DNA of 18,704 bases. Origin: Candidatus Heimdallarchaeota archaeon (GTDB lineage: Archaea; Asgardarchaeota; Heimdallarchaeia; Heimdallarchaeales; Heimdallarchaeaceae). The notes under the pieces are model-generated. The model was not told the origin of the DNA. It worked only from the letters and a program-made list of their open reading frames with translations, and did no database searches. This document shows, in pieces, positions 1-9,258 of this stretch (its first letter is position 1; the number at the start of each line of letters is the position of its first letter). Location: positions 1-18,704 of the forward strand of contig JAAFKI010000038.1 in the NCBI GenBank assembly GCA_021399345.1, given 5' to 3'. The translations under genes and the position numbers were made by a program.

Positions 1-1691
1 AAACAAAGATTATTGTGTCTAGATCAAGATCTAAAGGATCTGGAGGTTGGTCACAAAAACGCTATAGTAGGCTGTATGATACAGCAATTAACCAAGAAGC
101 GAAGAAAATAGAAGGTAATCTAATCGAGAGAAGATTTGATTTCGATAAAAACGTAACTAAAAGTAAATTTGGAGCTCAAAAAGTTGTATTTAGTGTGTAC
201 TCTCCAATCTCTGAGATTACAAAGATTGTAAAGAAACAAAGGGGAGAACTCTGTCGAGTTAATATTCATCCTGTTAATAAAGAAAGAGTAGAATTTATCC
301 CTCTATCTCAACAAGTACAAACAAAATCCTCTTTGAGAAGATTAATTGTTGGGATAGATCCCGGTTTAACAATTGGATTATCAATTATGGATTTGAATGG
401 TAGAATATTGAAAATTAGTAGCTATCGAGAAGCGAGTAGAGGACAGATAATTCGTGAAATAACCAATTATGGTAAACCTTCATTAATTTGCGTTGATGTT
501 TATCCCTATCCCGCATATGTTGAGAAAATTTCTGCCGTTCTAAACTCCAGGCTTTATACCCCAAGAAGCGTGATGACAGTTTCAGAGAAGAACGAGATAT
601 CTAGAAAGCTTGCTATGCAACAAGGTGTTAATGTAAAAAATGCTCACCAGAGAGATTCTCTGGCTTCTGCTTACAAAGGATATGCCAAATTTCGATCAGA
701 ATTCGAAAAAATTGAAAGAAATTATAGGGATGTATACGATAAATCTCTTAGAGATGAGATAAAAAATCTGTTAGTTAAGGGAAAAACACTAGCTGATGCA
801 GTTGAAGAAATTAACCAATCATTAACTGGTGATAAGGTTGTTGAAGAAAAAATAGTCAAACCAACCTTAAAACAAAAACCTGAACTAGATGAAGTTGAAC
901 TCAAGAAAGAATTTGATATCCTTCAAGAGCAATTAGATTGGGAAAGGAGCAAAAATACAGAATTTTATTCTGAAATCAAAGTTTTAGAGGAGAAACTTGA
1001 GAATCTACAATTTAGATTAGATGAAGATAAATCAGAATATATTGAAAAGATTCAGAGAGAGAAGGCATATATTATCCTAGAAAATCAAATCTCACATTCC
1101 AAAGAGAGAATCAACCTTTTAGAAAATGAAATTGAGAGATATTCAGATAGGATTGACGAACTGAAGAGAGTTGTTTGGCTCAGGGGTCATAAAGGGTGGG
1201 TTCCACTTAAGGTAATAAGAAAATTCACTCAAGATGAGATTGAAAGAACAGCTGAGAACTATGGGTTAGGACCTGGAGATATAGTTCTTATACTCGATAC
1301 AACAGGGGGAGGTGGTCAAACGGCTGAAAAACTATTTTCTTATAAAATTAAAGCTATAATTGGGGACGTTGATCACCTTTCATATAATGCAAGAAAGAAA
1401 CTTATTGAATTTCAAGTACCGATAGCTAAACCAGCTGATATGGAGATTATTAGAATCGATGAAATTGCTATAATGAAAGAAGATGACCTAAATAAGTTAA
1501 TTTCTGAAGCCAGGGAGGAAATTGACCTTATAGTAACAGAGAAAAAAGAAAGTTTATTGGACAATTTAATTGATGAATATAGAAAGGAACGAAAAATCGA
1601 AATTACGGAACAGGACAAAACTTTTTCTCGTGAAAGAAGAAAGAACGATCAAGCTCGCTTTGAAGATGAAAATGGTGAGTTAGAAGATTAA
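1..1691 (+). CDS. DUF460 / COG2433-like protein (RuvC/YqgF-type RNase H-fold domain plus long coiled coil); 5'-truncated by the window edge
   Basis: Motifs SRSRSKGSGGWSQKRY, LIVGIDPGLTIGLSIMDLNG and HQRDSLASA, followed by an E/K-rich coiled coil. The frame is open upstream of the GTG at 15 (ACA AAG ATT ATT GTG), so the true start probably lies before base 1. Confidence 0.85.
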   Translation, partial: TKIIVSRSRSKGSGGWSQKRYSRLYDTAINQEAKKIEGNLIERRFDFDKNVTKSKFGAQKVVFSVYSPISEITKIVKKQRGELCRVNIHPVNKERVEFIPLSQQVQTKSSLRRLIVGIDPGLTIGLSIMDLNGRILKISSYREASRGQIIREITNYGKPSLICVDVYPYPAYVEKISAVLNSRLYTPRSVMTVSEKNEISRKLAMQQGVNVKNAHQRDSLASAYKGYAKFRSEFEKIERNYRDVYDKSLRDEIKNLLVKGKTLADAVEEINQSLTGDKVVEEKIVKPTLKQKPELDEVELKKEFDILQEQLDWERSKNTEFYSEIKVLEEKLENLQFRLDEDKSEYIEKIQREKAYIILENQISHSKERINLLENEIERYSDRIDELKRVVWLRGHKGWVPLKVIRKFTQDEIERTAENYGLGPGDIVLILDTTGGGGQTAEKLFSYKIKAIIGDVDHLSYNARKKLIEFQVPIAKPADMEIIRIDEIAIMKEDDLNKLISEAREEIDLIVTEKKESLLDNLIDEYRKERKIEITEQDKTFSRERRKNDQARFEDENGELED

Positions 1692-1692
1692 A

Positions 1693-1926
1693 TTACAGCT
1701 CATCTACTGCTAATTGAACTAATAGGATATTATTCCCTCTAACAAAGATATTCCCATATCTTGAGACTTCTTCGTCTGCAATTATTTCAATTGCGTCACT
1801 TAAGTGACAGTTCATATATTGGTCAAAACTTTGCAGTTTGCCTTTGTATTTCACGTTATCTTTTAATCGAATGATTATAAATTGGCCAATTACCTTTCTA
1901 AGTGAGTTAATGGGAATGCTACTCAT
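1693..1926 (-). CDS. Archaeal Sm-like (SmAP/Lsm) RNA-binding protein
   Basis: Sm1 motif (IIRLKDNVKYKGKLQSFDQYMNCHLSDA) and Sm2 motif (YGNIFVRGNNI). ATG at 1926 (MSSIP) is preferred over GTG at 1935. Its stop is 1 nt from the convergent DUF460 stop. Confidence 0.93.
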   Translation of the reverse strand: MSSIPINSLRKVIGQFIIIRLKDNVKYKGKLQSFDQYMNCHLSDAIEIIADEEVSRYGNIFVRGNNILLVQLAVDEL

Positions 1927-1972
1927 AATAAACACAAACTTAATTTGATATTGTCTCGACGGGATGATTGTA

Positions 1973-1983
1973 ATTTAAAAAGC
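1973..1983 (-). promoter_or_regulatory. Putative TATA box upstream of the Sm gene (GCTTTTTAAAT)
   Basis: Archaeal TATA-like TTTAAA. The identical 11-mer occurs upstream of nurA at 4699-4709. Confidence 0.5.
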
Positions 1984-2014
1984 TTGTGTTTAATAATTAT
2001 CCAAGCTTCTACAA

Positions 2015-3508
2015 TCATGCTTCAAAGTTCTTTGCTGATTCTTCTAAAGTTTCAGTTTCCATAGTTGTTGTTTTTCTTTTTCGAATTTTTACAAATATTG
2101 GATGATTAACTGCATTTCCTACAATAATAGCTTCTCCTACACCTAACGAAGTTATTGAATTCATTGTTGATCTGTCAATTCCCTCAGATGATCGTCCTAT
2201 ATAGTCTAAATCATAAGGATTGAGAATTCTCATTATGACGTGAGTGTTACATTGACTAAGAGCTGTTGTAGAAAGTTTTACTGGTCTTTGACTTACAAGT
2301 ACTATGGATGTAAAGAATTTTCTTCCTTCTCTAGCTATTGTTTCAATAATAGATTTCGAAATAGCTCTATCTAATCGAGCTTCAGGGCAAAATTGATGTG
2401 ACTCCTCTAAGATAACGGTTGTAGGTGGTGCTTCATTTTTCTTCCTCATTTCAAATATTCTGAATAAAATGTAACTAACGATCATTTGTTTTAATTTTAT
2501 GCTTGTAAATTCGCTCAAATCAAATATTGTGATTTTTCCTGGTTTCAAAATATTTTTTAAATCTGGATTTTCTGCTGCTCCAAACAAGCGAGTATTTTCA
2601 AGAGAGTAAAGCCATCCAATCAATGCCTCTTTGCTTCTAGTATTCATTTGTTCATTTTTCTCGAGCTCATCAATTATATCTGCGATTACGTAACTTTCTC
2701 CTTGCTTAACTTTTTCATGATAAAACTGGGTTAAAACTTTGGATAAATCCCTTGATTGAGCAGTTGTTATCTGGGGCTCATAAATTGCAAATTGCCTTGC
2801 AGACATTGTTGAAGTTGCAAACTGTATCAATCCACCAGGAAAGATATTTACATCTTTGAAAAATGGTGATTTTTCAGCTCCAAATCCTTTATATTCTCCA
2901 TGAACGTCGAAAAGAACAATTGCTACCCTACCTTGGTCAGCTTTCCTGGAAAGCAACTCTTCAAGGAGAACAGATACTGTATATGATTTGCCTGCACCAG
3001 AAATAGCAAGTATCGCTGCATGTTTTTGGAGGAACCTTGTAAGATTCAATTTAACCGTAAGATCATGCTGTTCTATCATTCCAACATTTAATCCGTTATC
3101 TTTTTCTAATCCTAGAAATTGTATCAAAGTATCATTGTCTGGAATTGATACATTTTCACCAGGAGAAACAGGAAATAACAATCTTTTGATACCAATTTCT
3201 GTTATGATTCCTAGAGGTTTGGCTTTAGCAATAATATACTCCCATCTATCTGCTGGGAATATTGAAGCTAAAGTTTTACCACTAGTTTCATATGCTCTTA
3301 CTGCAGAGGGTGAAGAAAAATATCTATTAGTTTTGAAAAGTTCAGTGACACTTGCAAGAACTTCTCCATCCTCTGTTGGAACAACAACATACATCCCCTT
3401 TTGTAATTGGAATTCTTCTTCTGTTTTTGTTAAAACAAAGCTGAATTGTTCTGGATTCGGTGAGTTATCTTCATCAACAATAATAGTACCTATATTCTTT
3501 TTTGACAT
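2015..3508 (-). CDS. herA: HerA DNA double-strand-break repair helicase/translocase (FtsK/HerA ATPase)
   Basis: N-terminal HAS-barrel-like region, Walker A HAAILAISGAGKS, FDVHGEY, Walker B VILEESH, AREGRKF and SQRP motifs; directly downstream of nurA. ATG at 3508 lies 1 nt after the nurA stop; GTG at 3517 is the alternative start. Confidence 0.92.
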   Translation of the reverse strand: MSKKNIGTIIVDEDNSPNPEQFSFVLTKTEEEFQLQKGMYVVVPTEDGEVLASVTELFKTNRYFSSPSAVRAYETSGKTLASIFPADRWEYIIAKAKPLGIITEIGIKRLLFPVSPGENVSIPDNDTLIQFLGLEKDNGLNVGMIEQHDLTVKLNLTRFLQKHAAILAISGAGKSYTVSVLLEELLSRKADQGRVAIVLFDVHGEYKGFGAEKSPFFKDVNIFPGGLIQFATSTMSARQFAIYEPQITTAQSRDLSKVLTQFYHEKVKQGESYVIADIIDELEKNEQMNTRSKEALIGWLYSLENTRLFGAAENPDLKNILKPGKITIFDLSEFTSIKLKQMIVSYILFRIFEMRKKNEAPPTTVILEESHQFCPEARLDRAISKSIIETIAREGRKFFTSIVLVSQRPVKLSTTALSQCNTHVIMRILNPYDLDYIGRSSEGIDRSTMNSITSLGVGEAIIVGNAVNHPIFVKIRKRKTTTMETETLEESAKNFEA

Positions 3509-3509
3509 T

Positions 3510-4664
3510 TTAACCACTTGTTTTAAATGGAAGTCTATTTCTCCTCTTCTGAAGAGAAAAGCTTGTATAACCTATTTTTGAAGCAATTTCATCTACTAGT
3601 ATGTCAGCATCTGTTTCTTGTAATCTTGCTCGAGCATCAGCTTCTATGATAACACTAGGTAATCCATATTCTGGATTATATTTTGAAACAGCATTAACTA
3701 AAGAAGAAATTGTTTGTGCTTGTTCATGCTGAGTAGAAAACAGTACAGGAAACTCAATTCTTAAAGGAGTATCAAATTCTGCAGTTTTCATGTAAAAACA
3801 GTGAATACTGAAATCTGGTAGATCCTTATCTGATTCATCATTGAAATTAGTTAACAGAAACTCAAAAGTTCTTTCATTAGTATCTAGAACCTGATAAAGC
3901 AGATCAGTGTCTCTTAATTGTTTTACAATAGGTCTGTAATCTATTTCAACTAGTTTGCTGAATTCTGGTAATTTGCTTAGATGTGGTAAAATAGCAGATA
4001 ATTTGTTTGTTAGTATAGCAGAACGAGAATCTTTGACAACCCCGCAGAGAGCAGTACGATTTTTCTGACAGAGAGTGTATAATCTTCTGTATTGAGCCTT
4101 CAGTTTCTTATATTGGCTTACTAGAAATGCACTATGACTGATTTGACGAAGATCAATTACAGGAAGCACAGAGCCATCAAGGATAATGATGTCTGGATGA
4201 TCTTCTTCAAGAAGATCAATTCCACATTTTATCTCTTTCTGCATCCTCCAAATTGAAATAAGGCTTTCAATTTCATTTTTTGATAAAGGTTCAATACTTG
4301 TAAGAATATCTGGAAAAGGTTGCTCTTCAGGGATATATCTTACTAATGGTTTGCTATCTTTTCTGTGATAAAATAACACTCCCACTGCTCGTATTAATGC
4401 GATGTCAAAATAATTTAATGATCTATGGATAACGCCTCCATCAATTCCTGCAATTTTCAAACCATCTATATTTGTTTTAGGAACTTTCAATGAGAAAAGA
4501 TTATCTGAAGTTTTGATATCAAAAGCTGTAGGAAACTCAGAAGGATTGAGCTTATCCTTAACTTGTCTGAAGAGATCCTGAAACAACTTCCTATGTTCAT
4601 TATAGATTCTTATCCTTTTTGAGATATCGTCAATGGCTTCATCTATCTTATTTTTAACTGCCAT
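3510..4664 (-). CDS. nurA: NurA 5'-3' nuclease
   Basis: IAGIDGG, IILDGS, GVVKDS and C-terminal YGLPSVIIEADARA motifs; abuts herA. Confidence 0.9.
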   Translation of the reverse strand: MAVKNKIDEAIDDISKRIRIYNEHRKLFQDLFRQVKDKLNPSEFPTAFDIKTSDNLFSLKVPKTNIDGLKIAGIDGGVIHRSLNYFDIALIRAVGVLFYHRKDSKPLVRYIPEEQPFPDILTSIEPLSKNEIESLISIWRMQKEIKCGIDLLEEDHPDIIILDGSVLPVIDLRQISHSAFLVSQYKKLKAQYRRLYTLCQKNRTALCGVVKDSRSAILTNKLSAILPHLSKLPEFSKLVEIDYRPIVKQLRDTDLLYQVLDTNERTFEFLLTNFNDESDKDLPDFSIHCFYMKTAEFDTPLRIEFPVLFSTQHEQAQTISSLVNAVSKYNPEYGLPSVIIEADARARLQETDADILVDEIASKIGYTSFSLQKRRNRLPFKTSG

Positions 4665-4698
4665 TTATCTAACCACTACTACTAATATCCATTTTTCC

Positions 4699-4709
4699 AT
4701 TTAAAAAGC
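4699..4709 (-). promoter_or_regulatory. Putative TATA box of nurA-herA (GCTTTTTAAAT)
   Basis: 34 nt upstream of the nurA ATG. An SD-like AGTGGTTA precedes the ATG. Confidence 0.5.
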
Positions 4710-4727
4710 AATAGTTTTACTTCTAAA

Positions 4728-6338
4728 TCAATTTAACATTCTAGCACTAGCAGCTTTTACAAACTCAAAATATGGTGGCGAAGGTTTAATGGGGCGGGAT
4801 TGAAATTCTGGGTGAAACTGTACAGCTATGAAACATGGATGTTTTGGTAATTCAATTGTTTCCATTCGAATGCCGTCTTCAGATTTTCCAGAGAAAATAA
4901 GACCATTTTTACTAAGAGTTTCTATATATTCAGGATTCACTTCATATCTATGTCTGTGTCTTTCATAGATGATTGTGTTTTCATACATTTTCTCAAATTT
5001 TGATCCTTTTTCTAGAAGTATTTTATGTTTCCCTAGTCTCATGGTTCCTCCTAAATCAGTAATTTGCTTTTGTTCAGGAAGAATGTCTATCACTGGATGA
5101 GATGTATAAGAATCAATTTCTGTTGAATTTGCATCAGATAAGTTGCAGACATTTCTAGCGTATTCTATTGTAGCTAGCTGAAATCCATAACAAATTCCTA
5201 AAAATGGAACATTGTTCTCTCTTAGATATTTGATAACTGCTATTTTCCCCTTTACTCCTCTAGAACCAAATCCTCCTGGGACAAGAACACCATCATATTT
5301 TGTTAATTCTGTTATTCTGTCAGGGTTCTTCTCATATTCTTCAGTTGAGATGAAGTTAATGCTTATCTTCACATTATTATGAGCAGCTGCATGATTCAAA
5401 GCTTCCTTTACACTAATATATGAATCTACCAATTCTGCATATTTGCCTGTTAATGCTATTTTTACTGTTTTTTCAGCAGTTGTATGAATCTCAACTAATC
5501 TTTCATCTTCAGACCAATCTGCAACAACATCTTCATATCTAAGTTTAAGACTCAGAGTGGAACCAAACCCTTGTTTATCTAGGTAGATTGGAGCTGAAAG
5601 AACTGTATCTAAATCTGGAAGCGAAAATACTGCATTTCCTGGAACGTCACAGAACATAACAATTTTTTGTTTAGCACTGTCAGTTAAATTATGAGAACCC
5701 CTTGTGATAATAATATCAGGGCTTAAACCTGAAGATTGCATTTCACGAACTGCATGTTGTGTTGGTTTGGTTTTTTGTTCTTTTAAATTTGGAGGTTCCA
5801 TAATATAAGTTACTAAAACTATAAGGGAATCTTCGCTTGGCATTTCGCGGCATAATTGTCTAATAGCTTCTAGAAAGGGCTGACTTTCAATGTCACCTAT
5901 CGTTCCTCCTACCTCTATTATGAGTGAATCCATATCTGGATCTCGTTCAGCAATGGTTTTTATTCGTCTTTTAATTTCATCTGTTATGTGTGGAATTACT
6001 TGAACAGTTTTCCCTAAGAAATCTCCCTTTCTCTCTCGTTCAATAACACTATGATAAACTTGACCTGTAGTAATATTTTGGTCACCTTTCATTTCAAGAT
6101 TGAGAAATCTTTCATAAGTCCCCATATCAAGATCAAGTTCATAACCATCTGCAGTAACAAAAGTCTCTCCATGTTCGTAAGGATTCATGGTTCCTGCATC
6201 TATATTCAGATACGGATCTATCTTGATAACATTTATTTTTTTTCCTCTAACCTGGAGATTACGTCCTATAGAAGAAGTTACTACTCCCTTACCTAAACCT
6301 GAAATTAAAGCTCCACAAACGAAAATATATTTTGGCAC
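4728..6338 (-). CDS. pyrG: CTP synthase
   Basis: KYIFVCGALISGLGKG, KIDPYLNIDAGTMNPYEHGE, KTKPTQH, and glutaminase triad motifs GICYG and FHPEF. The likely start is GTG at 6338 (MPKYIF), not ATG at 6362, which overlaps a TATA-like box. Confidence 0.97.
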   Translation of the reverse strand: MPKYIFVCGALISGLGKGVVTSSIGRNLQVRGKKINVIKIDPYLNIDAGTMNPYEHGETFVTADGYELDLDMGTYERFLNLEMKGDQNITTGQVYHSVIERERKGDFLGKTVQVIPHITDEIKRRIKTIAERDPDMDSLIIEVGGTIGDIESQPFLEAIRQLCREMPSEDSLIVLVTYIMEPPNLKEQKTKPTQHAVREMQSSGLSPDIIITRGSHNLTDSAKQKIVMFCDVPGNAVFSLPDLDTVLSAPIYLDKQGFGSTLSLKLRYEDVVADWSEDERLVEIHTTAEKTVKIALTGKYAELVDSYISVKEALNHAAAHNNVKISINFISTEEYEKNPDRITELTKYDGVLVPGGFGSRGVKGKIAVIKYLRENNVPFLGICYGFQLATIEYARNVCNLSDANSTEIDSYTSHPVIDILPEQKQITDLGGTMRLGKHKILLEKGSKFEKMYENTIIYERHRHRYEVNPEYIETLSKNGLIFSGKSEDGIRMETIELPKHPCFIAVQFHPEFQSRPIKPSPPYFEFVKAASARMLN

Positions 6339-6360
6339 ATAAAGCATATCGAAATGGCAC

Positions 6361-6367
6361 ATATAAA
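6361..6367 (-). promoter_or_regulatory. Putative TATA box of pyrG (TTTATAT)
   Basis: 22 nt upstream of GTG 6338, a spacing that fits a leaderless archaeal transcript. Confidence 0.5.
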
Positions 6368-6381
6368 TATTGCTTAATTAA

Positions 6382-6954
6382 TTAAATATCCTCATTTTCA
6401 GTTGATGACCTTACCATGTTTTTCCATTTTTCGATAAATTCAGAAACCGAGTCATACAACCATTTTTCTTCTGGTGACATGTTTCTGATTTGAGTTGTGA
6501 TATTTTTTCCTTTCCCTGCAATTTTTATGATTTTTGATAATCGCATTGTCATTAAATCTCTAAGTTTTATCTCAAGGGATTCTTTTTGACGATAGAGAAC
6601 AGTTTTTCCCTTTTTTTCGTAATCATCAAACAATTGTTTCATGATGATATAGAAGAAATTGTTAATTTTTTGAAGATCGATATTTTCTCCTTCCTTTATA
6701 GCTAACCTGTAGAGTTCAGGAAAATCAAATTCACCTATTTCTTCCAATTCAATAAATCCTTCTTTCTGCAGAAATGTAGCTAACCAAAAAGGTATTTTGA
6801 TTTTCAGTCCCTTTACCAATTTGACCTTTTTAGCGCCTATATCAAACTCTTCCATAGTTTCCAAGCATTTTACTGGAATATCAAAGTCTTCAAAATCATA
6901 TTGAATTCTTTCCAACTCATTTAAAAATTTATTATCAGAAGTCAATGTTACCAA
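6382..6954 (-). CDS. gins23: DNA replication GINS complex subunit, Gins23 (Psf2/Psf3-like, B-domain first)
   Basis: N-terminal beta-rich B domain with IPFWLATFL; helical A domain with RLSKIIKIA and NMSPEEKWLY; 190 aa; close to mcm. The TTG start (6954 or 6945) is uncertain. Confidence 0.85.
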   Translation of the reverse strand: MVTLTSDNKFLNELERIQYDFEDFDIPVKCLETMEEFDIGAKKVKLVKGLKIKIPFWLATFLQKEGFIELEEIGEFDFPELYRLAIKEGENIDLQKINNFFYIIMKQLFDDYEKKGKTVLYRQKESLEIKLRDLMTMRLSKIIKIAGKGKNITTQIRNMSPEEKWLYDSVSEFIEKWKNMVRSSTENEDI

Positions 6955-6991
6955 TAGTACTCTTAATTCAATCCTTTTAAATTATTTTACT

Positions 6992-9241
6992 CTAGGAAAA
7001 AAAATCATCTAGTAATTTTTGAGGAGGTATTGTATCATAATCTTCTTCTGCCTTTTCTTCTTGCTTAGAGTCTTCTGCAAGATCAGTTCCTGAAAAACCA
7101 TCACCTAATAGATGAGAAAAGATGCTCTTAACTAGTTCTTTACCAAAACCAGAAATCTTCATAATCTCATTTGGATTTGTTTCTTTCAGAATGTCTTTTG
7201 TTTTGTACCCTTTATCATAAAGTGCTCTCGCTCTCATTCTTCCTATTCCTGGAATCTGAACCAGGTCCAGTAATTCTTGTTTTATTCCATTTATCACGCG
7301 ATTATGAACTGCTGAAATTTGCTTAGCCATATCCTTGTAACCCAATAATTGTGATATCTCAGAAGAAGCATAGAGGAGCCATTCTGCATTAGAAACAACC
7401 ATATAGATGTCTCCACTACCTATTCTATATCTGTCTAACACAATATCTTCAGGAACTTCTTTAATCCAATCCTGCAAAACTAGAGACGTTTTCAGCTGAC
7501 TCATGAATAACTCTAAATCAAATGATGTTTCAGGAAGGTTGGCTAAAAACTCCTCTTCATGATCACTTATGAAGTTGACTAGATTAATCTGTTCATCCTT
7601 TCTAATGGTCAAAAAACGAACATCAGGAGTTGAACAAACTAATTGAAGAAAACTTAGGTCAGTTAAATAATGCTTAGATTTAATATTTCCTTTGATAAGC
7701 CCCTCTCGTATTACAATTGCACTCTTTGGATCGATATAAAGTTGACTTACTCTTTTACCAAAGTTTGTTGGAATTAAATAATCTGGGTCATTAACTATAA
7801 GTGCTTCTTCCTGTAAAAATTTTACAACTTTATTCAGAATGGAACTTAGATTTGCAGAATCTTGCTGATATCCATAAAATGTTTGACCAAAGAATTCATG
7901 TAGTTCTTCAATAGTTTGAGTGTTCTCTGTTGATATTTGTCCCAAAACTATTTTTCGTAAGGCTGGTTCAGCAGCAATTCTGGATTCAATATCTTCTACT
8001 TCTCCGGTAATATAGGTTTGATAAAGACTAGTTGCATCAAATTCATTCTTTGCAATAACAATAGCATCCCCTTCTTTGTCATATTGAGGTCTTCCAGCTC
8101 TCCCTGATTGTTGTTTAAATTCTAACACCGGAATTGGATAGCTTCCTAAAGTAACACTATATCTGTAGATGCTCTTAATGATAACATATCTTGCAGGTAA
8201 ATTTACTCCAGCTGCTAACGTGGGCGTAGCACTGATAATCTTAATGTTCCCTTGCTTGAAGTTATGTTCAATAATTCTTCTTTGAGCTGAATTTAATCCC
8301 GCATGATGATAAGCCACACCATTTCTAACAAGCTGTGCTAAACCTCTTGATTGTTTTGTTTGTTCTCCTGTATTTAGAATCTCTGAAGACGTTGCATTTA
8401 GTTTCTCTTTTTCTTCTTTTGAAAGAGTTTTATTTGTTCTAGAAGCTAGATTCTTAGCTGTAGATTCTGCCATTTTTCTAGTTGTGGCAAAGACTAATGC
8501 TTGATTTTTCTTGCTTAATATGAAATCAGTAAGATTGTTGAAACTATCCTTGAACTTTGATGGAATGGTAACCTCGGTACCATCACCATAAACTATGTTT
8601 CTATCAAAAAGGACTCCTTCTTTTAATTTGACTGGTCTCCAATTGCTCGAAACAAGCTCAGCTTCCAACCATCTAGCTATCTGATCAGCATTTCTAATAG
8701 TTGCACTCAGAGCCAGAATCTGTGCATCGCAGACTTGTCTTAATTGTGCTATTACTACTTCTAAAGTAGGACCTCTTGATGAATCATTTATGAGATGTAC
8801 TTCATCAGAAACAATTAATCCAATCTTGTTAATCCATCGTGCTTGATGCCTTAAAGCTGAATCTATTTTTTCATTCGTAGCAATAATAACGTCTGCATAT
8901 TGGGCTCTTGTATCTTCCACATCATAATCCCCAGTGAGCAAAATGGTTTTTTTGTCTAGCAAATCAAGAAAAGATCTGAATTCCATATATTTTTCAAAAG
9001 CCAAAGCCCTCAAAGGTGAAAGATATAATGTTTTCAACCCAGTTTCAGTAAGTTTTTTGATACTTGCAAATAATGCGAGTAAGGTTTTTCCAGAAGCTGT
9101 AGGGATTGAGACAACTAAATTAGTTCCATCAAAAAGACCTTTTTTGATTGCTTCTTCTTGTGGTGGATATAGCGAGGATATTCCTTCTGTGATTAATTTC
9201 TCTTTAATGATGTCAGGTAATGGAAGATCCTCTATTTTCAT
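6992..9241 (-). CDS. hel308: Hel308/Hjm Ski2-like SF2 DNA helicase
   Basis: LYPPQ Q-motif, PTASGKT, DEVH, SAT, HHAGL, TPTLAAGVNLPA, QQSGRAGRP and C-terminal HhH IPGIGRMRARALY (domain V RAR motif). Confidence 0.95.
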   Translation of the reverse strand: MKIEDLPLPDIIKEKLITEGISSLYPPQEEAIKKGLFDGTNLVVSIPTASGKTLLALFASIKKLTETGLKTLYLSPLRALAFEKYMEFRSFLDLLDKKTILLTGDYDVEDTRAQYADVIIATNEKIDSALRHQARWINKIGLIVSDEVHLINDSSRGPTLEVVIAQLRQVCDAQILALSATIRNADQIARWLEAELVSSNWRPVKLKEGVLFDRNIVYGDGTEVTIPSKFKDSFNNLTDFILSKKNQALVFATTRKMAESTAKNLASRTNKTLSKEEKEKLNATSSEILNTGEQTKQSRGLAQLVRNGVAYHHAGLNSAQRRIIEHNFKQGNIKIISATPTLAAGVNLPARYVIIKSIYRYSVTLGSYPIPVLEFKQQSGRAGRPQYDKEGDAIVIAKNEFDATSLYQTYITGEVEDIESRIAAEPALRKIVLGQISTENTQTIEELHEFFGQTFYGYQQDSANLSSILNKVVKFLQEEALIVNDPDYLIPTNFGKRVSQLYIDPKSAIVIREGLIKGNIKSKHYLTDLSFLQLVCSTPDVRFLTIRKDEQINLVNFISDHEEEFLANLPETSFDLELFMSQLKTSLVLQDWIKEVPEDIVLDRYRIGSGDIYMVVSNAEWLLYASSEISQLLGYKDMAKQISAVHNRVINGIKQELLDLVQIPGIGRMRARALYDKGYKTKDILKETNPNEIMKISGFGKELVKSIFSHLLGDGFSGTDLAEDSKQEEKAEEDYDTIPPQKLLDDFFS

Positions 9242-9258
9242 TATTCAACCACGTACTA

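Noticed and set aside
722-1618. Short minus-strand ORFs 722-904 and 1412-1618
   Set aside because: Ser/Ile/Phe-rich antisense shadows of the E/K-rich DUF460 gene, with no recognisable motifs.
2988-3581. 197-aa plus-strand ORF
   Set aside because: Antisense shadow of herA/nurA with a TTG start and no recognisable domain.
2015-4664. HerA-based anti-phage defence system
   Set aside because: The partner is a NurA and the context is housekeeping; there is no Sir2, DUF4297 or other defence gene nearby.
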